This document shows, piece by piece, positions 37,397 to 45,471 of a DNA stretch of 64,000 nucleotides. A program made the position numbers and the translations under genes. A model generated the notes under the pieces. The model was not told where the DNA came from and made no database searches. It worked only from the letters and a program-made list of their open reading frames with translations. Positions within the stretch are counted from its first letter, which is position 1. The number at the start of each line of letters is the position of its first letter. Origin of the DNA: Myxococcota bacterium (GTDB taxonomy: Bacteria; Myxococcota_A; UBA9160; SZUA-336); contig CBDFGR010000003.1 of NCBI GenBank assembly GCA_965247115.1, forward strand, positions 608,821 through 672,820. Reading direction: 5' to 3'.

Positions 37397-37616
37397 TCAC
37401 GCTCGGGCTCGCGTGCATCACCTTGTTTCCGGTCGCGAGGGCTTCATCGTCTACATGGGTAACGACATCTTCGGGATCAAGTGGGACAACTGGAAGATCA
37501 ACTTCGAGGAGATGGAGTCGGTCTTCAGCGAGAAAATCGACTGGGGGATGCCTCGGGTCTACAACCTGCTCAGCGACCCCCTCACTCCAGTCGCACTCCA
37601 CGCTGTGGGATCGTAA
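37374..37616 (+). pseudogene. C-terminal fragment of a sulfatase-like gene
   Basis: ...GIKWDNWKINFEE...PRVYNLLSDP resembles the (K)W(K)L..//..LYNL..DP C-terminal sulfatase motif. There is no N-terminal catalytic part. Confidence 0.35.
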
Positions 37617-37640
37617 GTTCTTGGAAAAACTGATCTTCCG

Positions 37641-37679
37641 GGACGGCGGAAGCGCTTTCGATTCCCGCCGCCTCCACCA
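37641..37679 (+). repeat. att-like copy 2 of the ssrA 3' end
   Basis: TTCGATTCCCGCCGCCTCCACCA (37657-37679) is identical to 36816-36838. Weaker similarity extends upstream. Confidence 0.85.
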
Positions 37680-37761
37680 CAACGTGGTTGATATTAGGAG
37701 TATTGTCGCCGGGTTCAGAGAAGGGTGTCTCACGCCCGTCTCACAACGTGATGGTCCGGGG

Positions 37762-37877
37762 GCGCACGGCGAACTCCTCGACAGTAGGCCCAGGCGCGCC
37801 TCCCGTTCCTCCCAGCGGCGCCGCGCGAGCTGCCGCATGCTCTGCGTCTCGTCACCTCGTCCATGATCTCGCGGCCG
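37762..37877 (-). pseudogene. duplicated, frameshifted copy of the 3' end of the CNNM transporter gene
   Basis: About 115 bp are near-identical to 37921-38036 apart from a few substitutions and a 1-nt deletion. It encodes ...DETQSMRQLARRRWEER.ARLGLLS. Confidence 0.8.
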
Positions 37878-37887
37878 CGCTGTCGGA

Positions 37888-38973
37888 TTAGTCACGCTCC
37901 GGTTTGTTCGAGCCGGACGTCGGCACCGCGAACTCCTCGGAGAGTAGGCCCAGGCGCGCCGCCCGCTCCTCCCAGCGCCGCCGCGCGAGCTGCCGCATGC
38001 TCTGCGTCTCGTCCACCTCGTCCATGATCTCGAGGCCGAGCAGCGTCTCGATCACGTCCTCCATCGTGACAATGCCCTCGGTCCCGCCGTGCTCGACGAC
38101 GAGCGCCATGTGTTCGCGGTGGGAGACGAGCGTGTCGAACAGCCGCGGGAGGGGGAAGCGCGCTGGTACCGCGAGGATCTCTCTGCGCAGGGCGGTCAGG
38201 GGCTGGTCGTGGCGATCCTCCGCGACCGCCTGAAGGACCTGGTCCTTGAGGACGTAGCCGGTTACCTGGTCGGGGTTCTTGTCGTAAATGGGAATGCGCG
38301 AGAAGGGGATGCCTCGCTTGGTGACTCGTGCAACGGTCGCAGACTCCGGGAACGCCAGGAGCACCGTGCGGGGCGTCATCACGTCCTTAGCGGTCAGTGC
38401 GCGAAAGCGCATCAGATTCTTGACGATCCGGGTTTCGTCGGCCTCGATCACTCCTTCCAGCTCCCCGATGTCCGCCATCGCGATGAGCTCCTCCCGGCTG
38501 ACCGCTGGCTCGTCCTCCTTCCAGCGCGAGACCAAGCCGGTGATGAGCTGGCACAGCCACACCAGAGGGCTGAGGACCCAGATCATCGGCCCCAGCGTCT
38601 GCGCCACGACGGGCGCGAGCACGCGCCAATGGAGCGCCCCGATCGTCTTTGGGATGACCTCGCTCACCACCAAGATGGCGAGCGTCAGGAGCGCAGAAAA
38701 CACGCCCACAGCCGCGCTTCCAAAGACGACCGCGGCCTGCGCGCCTGCACCCGCCGCCCCGACGGTGTGGGCCACCGTGTTGAGACTGAGAATGGCGGCG
38801 AGCGGCCGATCGATGTCGTCCTTTAGCACGCGCAGCCGCCGCGCGGGACCAGGCGCGTTCTTCTCCAGCGCTCCGATGTAGGCGGGGGTGACACTCAACA
38901 GCACCGCCTCCATGATGGAGCACAGAAACGACACGCCGACGGCCAGCACGACGTAGAGGCCGAGCAGGGCCAT
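37888..38973 (-). CDS. CNNM/HlyC-CorC family transporter (DUF21 + CBS pair)
   Basis: 4-TM DUF21 N-domain (SLNTVAHTVGAAG), CBS pair (VMTPRT..., GIVTMEDVIE). Confidence 0.8.
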   Translation of the reverse strand: MALLGLYVVLAVGVSFLCSIMEAVLLSVTPAYIGALEKNAPGPARRLRVLKDDIDRPLAAILSLNTVAHTVGAAGAGAQAAVVFGSAAVGVFSALLTLAILVVSEVIPKTIGALHWRVLAPVVAQTLGPMIWVLSPLVWLCQLITGLVSRWKEDEPAVSREELIAMADIGELEGVIEADETRIVKNLMRFRALTAKDVMTPRTVLLAFPESATVARVTKRGIPFSRIPIYDKNPDQVTGYVLKDQVLQAVAEDRHDQPLTALRREILAVPARFPLPRLFDTLVSHREHMALVVEHGGTEGIVTMEDVIETLLGLEIMDEVDETQSMRQLARRRWEERAARLGLLSEEFAVPTSGSNKPERD

Positions 38974-39144
38974 CTCGGCTACATCACGACTGCCATAGAA
39001 CTGGGATTCTACGGTAGGCGGAGAGACTCAGCCGCAACCGCGTGTCCGCCTCCCTATAAACCGGCTCGTACGCTGGGGCCGAGTTGCCCGTGAATACCGC
39101 CGGAATTCGGAGGCTTAGCGGCTCTAGCCGGCGGCCCGCGCTCG

Positions 39145-39370
39145 GTTTGAGGGACAGGGCGCGGTACGCCGCGGACTTCGAGATCGCGAGCCTCACCGCG
39201 ATCTCCCGAAGCGACCTCCCGGCGCCCGGAGCCTCCGCCGCCGGGCCCGCCCCCGCCCGTCTAGGGCGCCGGGCCGGCCGAGCCGGATCCCCCGACGCCG
39301 GGCCGCCCGGAGCGCCGCCGCCGTACGCTCCCGGGCGAGCTCGCGCTCGTACCCCTCTCCCTCCCAGAGG
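39145..39370 (-). pseudogene. serine recombinase (resolvase) C-terminal fragment, frameshifted
   Basis: YERELARERTAAALRAARRRGIRLGRP in one frame and (GRS)LREIAVRLAISKSAAYRAL (HTH) in another. The catalytic N-domain is absent. Confidence 0.6.
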
Positions 39371-39424
39371 ACGTGCGCGCCTGGGTAGAGCGACGACACA
39401 CGAATGAAAAGGGGGCCCGCTCTC

Positions 39425-39690
39425 GGCAACCCCGATGCCTACAACTCCGAGCGACGCTGGTCGGAGGCGTCGCTGCGTCGGACCTGGATGAGGGCGTGCG
39501 AGAGGGTCGGTCTGTAGGTCAGCCTACGCCGGCACCAAGCACGCGATGGTTACCGACGCGATCCAGCGCGTCGTCCAGGAGCGTCACCTTCAAGCCTTCC
39601 TCGGGCACGCCGACGTCCGATCAACACGGCGCTACGCGAAGCTCGGAGACCAGGCGCTCCTGGAGGTGTTGGGCCTAGAAGGCGCGAGAA
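39425..39690 (+). pseudogene. tyrosine integrase C-terminal fragment, stop plus frameshift
   Basis: ...SLRRTWMRACERVGL-TAG, then in another frame YAGTKHAMVTDAI...LQAFLGHADVRSTRRYAKL, the catalytic Tyr motif. The first ~3/4 of the gene is missing. Confidence 0.65.
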
Positions 39691-39977
39691 TGAGTAGCCG
39701 CTCAAGGTTGCATGGCCTGCTCGGCCAGCAAGTCTATGCTCGTGACAGTCTCCCGGGCCAAGTCGATGAAGGTTCGTGCTTGGGGTCTACGAACGCGCGG
39801 ACGTTGTCCTCGATGCACGATTTGGTGCCGAACGTCAGTCCAATGGTCGAGGTTGGCGGCAGGTGTGGCAATCCGTTTGCAACCAAATCATTCCAGAGAT
39901 GTGCGGGGCCGCCGCGGATCCGCTGGACGGTTGATGAGACGGCCGTCGACCCGTGATGGCTGACACGGTCAAGCAAA

Positions 39978-40001
39978 CCTGTCTCACACCTGTCTCACAC
40001 C
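39978..40001 (+). repeat. tandem 11-bp direct repeat CCTGTCTCACA x2
   Basis: Read directly. Lies about 50 nt upstream of att-like copy 3. Confidence 0.8.
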
Positions 40002-40052
40002 TTGGGGACGCTAACCCTTTGATCGGAGTGGTGGTTTAGGAACTCGATGGCA

Positions 40053-40077
40053 GGTTCGATTCCCGCCACCTCCACCA
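40053..40077 (+). repeat. att-like copy 3 of the ssrA 3' end (probably the ancestral 3' end)
   Basis: GGTTCGATTCCCGCCACCTCCACCA. Its acceptor strand CACCTCC pairs with GGGGGTG (36560) without the U:G wobble that the proximal copy needs. Confidence 0.8.
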
Positions 40078-40202
40078 CTAACTTCCCAGTGGTGAAGCGC
40101 TTTTCCGACTCGCGTTTGGCTCGTATGCACGTTGTATGCACGACCGACGTGGGCGCGTCACGCCCTGAACTCGAAGTTCAGCGACGACAGGGGGAGGTCG
40201 GG

Positions 40203-40458
40203 ATGACCAAGTACATCGTCAGCTACTTGGGCAATGGCAACCATGAGGTTCACGCGCAAGATGTCGCGGCGGCTGCAAAGAAGGCGCCCCCCCGAGTTCA
40301 ATCCGAGACGCCCGGGACCTCGCGTCGTCGATGTCGAAGTCGATTCGGCGGCGGACCCGACCTGCCCGTGCACGATCCAGGTGACCTGGCGCTACGTCAG
40401 CGAGCAGGCCGACACCCAGAGTGGATCCTTGCTCGACAACTGGGCACCGAGCATCTAG
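40203..40458 (+). pseudogene. small hypothetical gene split by a frameshift in a C7 homopolymer
   Basis: Good RBS (GGGGGAGG) and ATG at 40203. High-GC3 coding continues in another frame after the C-run at 40287-40293, to TAG at 40456-40458. Confidence 0.35.
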
Positions 40459-40520
40459 AAGGCCACGGTCAGCTCCATGGTGCAGGTGACCCTCGCCGAT
40501 TTCCCCCTTGGTAAGGGACG

Positions 40521-41564
40521 TCACGGCACGATGACGCCGCGTCCCACGATCCGGCGCTCCTTGAAGTCCTGGATCGCGACGTTGATATTGTCCAGCGAGT
40601 ACTCCTGTGCGTGGAGCTTGACCCGACCCTCGGCGTTGAGCTCCATCAGCTCGACGAGCTCCGGGTAGTTTCCAACGAGACTCCCCGCGATGCTGATCTC
40701 GTTGAGAATCATGTGCACCGTGGGCACCTCGATCTTGCCGCCGTAGCCCACCACAAAGTGGACGCCTCCCTGGCGCAACATCTGCCAGCACAGTTGCTCG
40801 GCGCCGAGCTCGCCTACGAAATCGATGACCACGTGAGCGCCTCCGCCGGTCATGTCCACGACCTGCTCGACGACATTCGGGCCGCCGTCCAGCACGTGAT
40901 GGGCACCGAGCTCGTTCGCGAGCTTGCGGGCTGGCTCGCTCGTGTCGATCGCGATCGTTCGTGTGCCACACAAAGCGTGGAGGCATTGCAGGGAGATATG
41001 TCCCAGTCCCCCGACGCCGAGGAGCACGCAATACGTTCCCGGGTTCAGGAGCTTCGCCGCCCGCTTGGCGACCCGGTAGGCCGTGATCCCGGCGTCGGCC
41101 ATCGGTGCCACATCCACGGGGACAACGTTCTCGTTGAGCTTGATGAGGGCGCGCTCGTTCGTGACAAAACGCTCGGCAAAGCCGCCGTCGAGGCCGAGTC
41201 CGGGAAACAGACTCTGCTGGCAATACATGTCTTCACCGCGGCGGCAGTCCCGGCAGACGCCACAGGACCGCAGTGGGTGGCAGATGATGGCGTCCCCGGG
41301 CTTGACGGTGGTCACCGCGCTGCCGACCTCCTGGACCCAGCCCGCGTTCTCGTGTCCCATGACGTAGGGAAGGAGAGAGCCGTCCGGGTCCATCGCATCT
41401 CGCCACACACCCTCGATGATGTGGAGGTCCGTCCGGCAGAGCCCGGCCGCGCCTACCCGAACGATGACCTCGTCCGGGGCCGCGATGGCCGGCTCCGGCA
41501 GGTCCTCGAGCTTGAGATCGACGTTCATCTGCTCGTCGTATTCGTACAACACCGCGGCTTTCAT
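40521..41564 (-). CDS. zinc-dependent alcohol dehydrogenase family oxidoreductase
   Basis: GLCRTDLH, GHENAGWV, the structural Zn motif CGVCRDCRRGEDMYC, and LLGVGGLGH (Rossmann). Confidence 0.88.
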   Translation of the reverse strand: MKAAVLYEYDEQMNVDLKLEDLPEPAIAAPDEVIVRVGAAGLCRTDLHIIEGVWRDAMDPDGSLLPYVMGHENAGWVQEVGSAVTTVKPGDAIICHPLRSCGVCRDCRRGEDMYCQQSLFPGLGLDGGFAERFVTNERALIKLNENVVPVDVAPMADAGITAYRVAKRAAKLLNPGTYCVLLGVGGLGHISLQCLHALCGTRTIAIDTSEPARKLANELGAHHVLDGGPNVVEQVVDMTGGGAHVVIDFVGELGAEQLCWQMLRQGGVHFVVGYGGKIEVPTVHMILNEISIAGSLVGNYPELVELMELNAEGRVKLHAQEYSLDNINVAIQDFKERRIVGRGVIVP

Positions 41565-42005
41565 GGTCTCACTCTCCTGACGATCAGCTCGTCAATCGCG
41601 GTCAGTTGAGGCGGCGCGAGCCGAGCATAGGCGATTCAAGCGGGCATTTGGTTCCGATAATCCCGCATTCTGTTCAATGGAGCCCGTGGGGCCCTTCCAG
41701 GCGGACTTGAAGCCCCCCGGGAGGCCCCCCAAGGGCGGAGGCGCCTCGACGAGCTCCGTAGGTCGACTTCGCTGGCGCACCGCGCTGGGCAATCAACTGC
41801 TCGAGCTGGACCTCGTGCCTCTTCCCCTCTACGTCGATCCGGGTCTCCGCGACCGATACGTGAACGGTCTGCGCACCGCAGGGCTGGAAGGGTGAACTCC
41901 GGTCCATGATCTGTCCCGCCTGCTGAAGGAAGCTGGCACGTGAGCTTCATCGGCGTACGCCGAAGTCATCTTCCAACGCGTGGGTGTGAACGTGCGTTCG
42001 CCTGG

Positions 42006-43178
42006 CTACGAGCTCGGAGCCCTCCTGCACTTGCGAATCAGCCTGCGCTCCACCTGGCTCGGGTCCTCGATAGTCTCGTAGAACTCGTCGAGGTAGCCCA
42101 CCATCTGGACCGCGCGCCGGGAGTCGAGGCGCTCCTCGGCGCGATAGAGCGCGTAGATGTCCTGCTTGCGCGCCCGAAAGGCCTGCAGCGTGCTCTCGAG
42201 CTGCGCCTTGGGTCCGCAGTACCCCCGGTACAACCGCTGCCGCACGCTGCGGAGGTGCAGATCCGGGTCGGGAGTCGCGTACGGGGCGTCGACGGCTCCC
42301 GCCAGGTCGAAGTCGAAGGGAACCGAAACGATCGCGCCGTTGTCCCCACGCATCGGGGTGGTATTGTGGCAGCAGTCGTCGTCCATCCCGCGAATCGCGG
42401 ACCAGTCGGTGTTGCCCACCATGTACTGGAAGACCTCCAGGCGGTTCAGGTCGGCTTTGACCAGGTCGTCGAAGTCCACCTCGGGCTCTTCGATGGCGAC
42501 GAAGCCGTTGCGCTCCGCCATGGTCTGCTTGTCTTCGATGAAGAACGCGTAGCGGGTGATGGGATCTCGCTTCTGCGCGGAGTCGACGTAGGCGATCTCG
42601 ACCAGCCGCACGCGATAGCTGCGATCGGTCAGCAGGTTGTACGCGCGGTACAGCAGGTGCTCTCGCAGCACCAGCTGCTCGTATGACTTCCGGCAGTGGG
42701 TCACGAGCTTGAGCTTGTCCTGCTTCGCAAACACGGTTCCCTTGGCCTGCTTGGTCACGAAGTTCAGGCGCAGCGGCGGGAAGCTGCAGGTGCCGCGCTC
42801 GCGTCGGTACCTTCCTCTCGTCCTCACCTCGATCTCGAGGCCCACCTGCTCGCCTGGCGCATCGGTGTACGTCAGCACTGCTGGCAGGTAGGTACCCTCG
42901 CCCTTCCGCTCAGCGAGCACGGAGCCCTGATCGAATTCCAGCGTAAGCCCGAAGACGTCGTGGCTGGCAAACAGCCGATCGTCAACCGCGGGACCGGGCA
43001 CGGGCAGTCGGGGCGCGGGGGTGGCGCACGCGCCGAGCAGGAACGCGAGCAGCGCGGTGGAAAGCGTTCCGCAGAGATCAAGCAGCAGACATCTTCTCGA
43101 ACAGCTCGTAGGTCTCCTCCTAAGAGCTCCCCCGGCTCTCTGCTCTGTCCTCGGTAGCAATTGCTTTGAAAGAGTCAC
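42006..43178 (-). CDS. hypothetical lipoprotein
   Basis: LLAFLLGAC lipobox. Conserved-looking VFQYMVGNTDWS and CCHN motifs. Start codon is uncertain because the n-region is long. Confidence 0.55.
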   Translation of the reverse strand: MTLSKQLLPRTEQRAGGALRRRPTSCSRRCLLLDLCGTLSTALLAFLLGACATPAPRLPVPGPAVDDRLFASHDVFGLTLEFDQGSVLAERKGEGTYLPAVLTYTDAPGEQVGLEIEVRTRGRYRRERGTCSFPPLRLNFVTKQAKGTVFAKQDKLKLVTHCRKSYEQLVLREHLLYRAYNLLTDRSYRVRLVEIAYVDSAQKRDPITRYAFFIEDKQTMAERNGFVAIEEPEVDFDDLVKADLNRLEVFQYMVGNTDWSAIRGMDDDCCHNTTPMRGDNGAIVSVPFDFDLAGAVDAPYATPDPDLHLRSVRQRLYRGYCGPKAQLESTLQAFRARKQDIYALYRAEERLDSRRAVQMVGYLDEFYETIEDPSQVERRLIRKCRRAPSS

Positions 43179-43416
43179 CGTCTGCGAGTTGGGTGAGGTC
43201 CATGGGCTCGACCCTGGGGAGGGAAGTCACGGGTCTGGGGCCTCGAGAGGTTCTTCTTACCAACTGGGTGCCGCGTTCGGATGTGAAATGCGTCACACCT
43301 CAGCACTATGCCGGCGAGTCAGCTGCGCGGTCGTCCGCCCGAGCCGTGCCTGCGCAGCCTCCACTTGCGGCCGTAGCGCTGGGTCGTATTCCTTCCAGAG
43401 CCAGACGGACTGGTAG

Positions 43417-43858
43417 CTACCCTCGAACTGCTACTCCCGCTGTGCTACCGGATGATTGATAAGCAGTAGAACCTCGTTCCAGCGGGGATCTGAGGGCAAC
43501 TCTCCCCAGGCGTACCAATGGCCGACGAACCACACGCCCAACGGCCCCGAAACAGCCACTCAAAGCTTCGGTCGGCATCCTTGAGTCCGGCGAAGACTTG
43601 TGCGATGAAGGTGGGCGAGACATAACGCTCCGTCCGTTCGCGAATTAGGTCATCCGCGATCCTCTCGGCTTCATCGCGTTCCCCGGATTGAGCCAGTACG
43701 TGGCCGAGAAGCGATCGCACGACGTCGCCAGCGCCCAGATCAATTGAGCGTCTCAGCTCGACAATTGACTCTTGGACCTGGCCCGCTGCAAAGAGTGCGG
43801 CCCACTCGCCGATGCGTTGGAGCGAACTCGAGGCCGCTAGAAGCCACAATACAGCCAC
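43417..43858 (-). pseudogene. 5'-truncated, 3'-frameshifted TPR-repeat gene fragment
   Basis: TPR-like ...GHVLAQSGERDEAERIADDL...YVSPTFIAQVFAGLKDADRSFEWL. The expected ...L.SDPRW..LL tail is in another frame. Confidence 0.45.
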
Positions 43859-43959
43859 GCTGAGAATCCAGGGTTAAATCGGGCTGTCTAGGGCTGCTTA
43901 GTGGAGCCGCGAATCGCTAGCAGAAACACGCCCGAAGACGACTCTGGACATACACAGAA

Positions 43960-44019
43960 GAGCACCGGCGTTGCTTCGGGAGCAAGAAGTCGCCGGTTCA
44001 AATCCGGCCGCCCCGACCA
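43960..44019 (+). pseudogene. 3' fragment of tRNA-Pro(CGG): anticodon arm, T arm, acceptor 3' strand and CCA
   Basis: GTTGC-TTCGGGA-GCAAG, AAGTC, GCCGG-TTCAAAT-CCGGC, CGCCCCG-A-CCA. No matching 5' acceptor strand (CGGGGCG) or D arm upstream. Confidence 0.7.
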
Positions 44020-44102
44020 GACTTACGGCGTTCGGTCTCTGGTCAGGTGTGCGGGTAGTGTGCGAACCCCTTCGGAAGAGGTCCAGACGCGCAACCGGAT
44101 AC

Positions 44103-44318
44103 CTACGCCGCCTCCGACTTAGGGTGTCCTCTCCGATAGGCGCTCATCTTCTCGACTACAGCACGGAGCTCATCATCGCGCCGCAGCCGCGACCGAAGTT
44201 CCTTCTCAAGCGCGATCGTGACAAATTCCCTGAAGCTCTCTCCGTTGAGCTTACCTACGTCGGTGACGCTCTCGTACAGCTCTGCATCGAGCTTCAAACC
44301 GATCTGCTTTTCGGCCAT
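44103..44318 (-). CDS. ribbon-helix-helix (CopG-like) small protein
   Basis: 71 aa. KQIGLKLDAELYESV...FREFVTIALEKEL resembles RHH antitoxins/regulators. Confidence 0.45.
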   Translation of the reverse strand: MAEKQIGLKLDAELYESVTDVGKLNGESFREFVTIALEKELRSRLRRDDELRAVVEKMSAYRRGHPKSEAA

Positions 44319-44340
44319 GTGGAGGGAAGCTAAAGCTGTC

Positions 44341-44440
44341 GAGATAGAAATGGAACTTTATATATTTATATACGATTCTGTCTATGCATATATATATATA
44401 TATCCTTTGAAATCAGATAGTTACGTACTTGACTGGAGCG
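44341..44440. other. AT-rich tract with (AT)8 microsatellite (44388-44403)
   Basis: By hand count there are 29 G+C in 100 nt, in otherwise GC-rich DNA. Lies about 20 nt upstream of the RHH gene start. Confidence 0.85.
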
Positions 44441-44541
44441 ATCTCAACGGCCAGAATCGCGGACAATCCGTTAATCGGAGGTGGTCGGGCGTTTGTCCGG
44501 CGGGGGTCGCGCCAAGGGTATCCTTGGGCGGCCCTTTCCAC

Positions 44542-45312
44542 TTAGGTCAGGAAGACGCGGCAGTAGCGCGCGTCCCACCTCTGCTGAATCGCGGCGACAA
44601 TCTGCTGAGAGAAGGGGCTCACCGCGTTCTGCTGAATTCTGCCTTGTTGAACGAGGATCTCTTGGCGAGTCGGATGGGCGACAAGATCCGCGATCTGGAG
44701 CCCTTCGACGTCGGCGTCCTTCTTCTTGATCTTGATCTCGCGGCTGGTCATGAACGCTTGCAAAGTAGGTGCGCGCAGAAAGCGCGTCCCGTGGGTCCAG
44801 ATCGAACGAAACGCAGTCTTGAGCGGACGATCCTCCTTGGCGCCGCGAGACTCTGCTAGCGTGTCTCCCCGGTGCTTTCCCCCTTGAAGCGCACCTCGAT
44901 ATCGTTCGACCAGCACGTGGACGCAGTAGTGTTACGGGTGCCGGAGGGATCTGTAGTGCTGCTTGTAGTGAGACTGCTTGTCTATGACGACGGTAACCAC
45001 CCAGAAATGCCAGCGACTAAGGCAACTCAGCAGGTCTTGATCGAATTGGGCTCGCCGTACCGGGTCCCGCAGAACCGCGAACTTCCCAGATCTGCGCACG
45101 ATGTCGTTGCGGTGCAAGATCAGAGATTCGTCCGCGTCGTAATCGAAGTGATCACGCTTGAGCTTCTCCATCTCAGGCCTGATCTGGTTGACCATTTCAT
45201 CGCGGGTGATCCAGACCCCCGTCAGGCTCAAGTAGCGTTGCTGCGGAGTGCCGAGTTGCGGGAGCATGACGTGATCCCCGCACTCATCGACATACATCCT
45301 CCAGAGAGCCAT
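44542..45312 (-). pseudogene. DUF3800-family gene interrupted by a single in-frame TAA
   Basis: MYVDECGD... N-terminus and ...LQIADLVAHP C-terminal part are in the same frame, separated only by a TAA (complement of 44932-44934). Confidence 0.6.
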
Positions 45313-45471
45313 CGCGTGAGGTTAGCTACCGAATCCCGATCCCCAAAGACGCTGGCGGCCGGGCCGGGTATCATCTGACCATGGTTCGGGAAGAACAAGA
45401 GATCACCCAGCGGATGCGGTGCGTGAGAAACAGGGCCGACTGACTTGTAGGCTCAGCTCCGAGTAGATGGA

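Larger units (their letters stand above)
36839..37679. mobile_element. decayed ssrA-integrated island 1
   Basis: Bounded by the ssrA 3' end (36816-36838) and a direct copy of it (37657-37679). Carries one intact gene and one gene fragment. Confidence 0.6.
37680..40077. mobile_element. decayed ssrA-integrated island 2
   Basis: Bounded by att-like copies 2 and 3. Contains integrase and resolvase fragments plus a CNNM transporter gene. Confidence 0.6.

Noticed and set aside
39734-39976. 80-aa minus-strand ORF between the integrase fragment and att-like copy 3
   Set aside because: It has moderate GC3 but no recognisable motif, and it sits in a region full of gene debris. It may be another fragment, but I cannot support a call.
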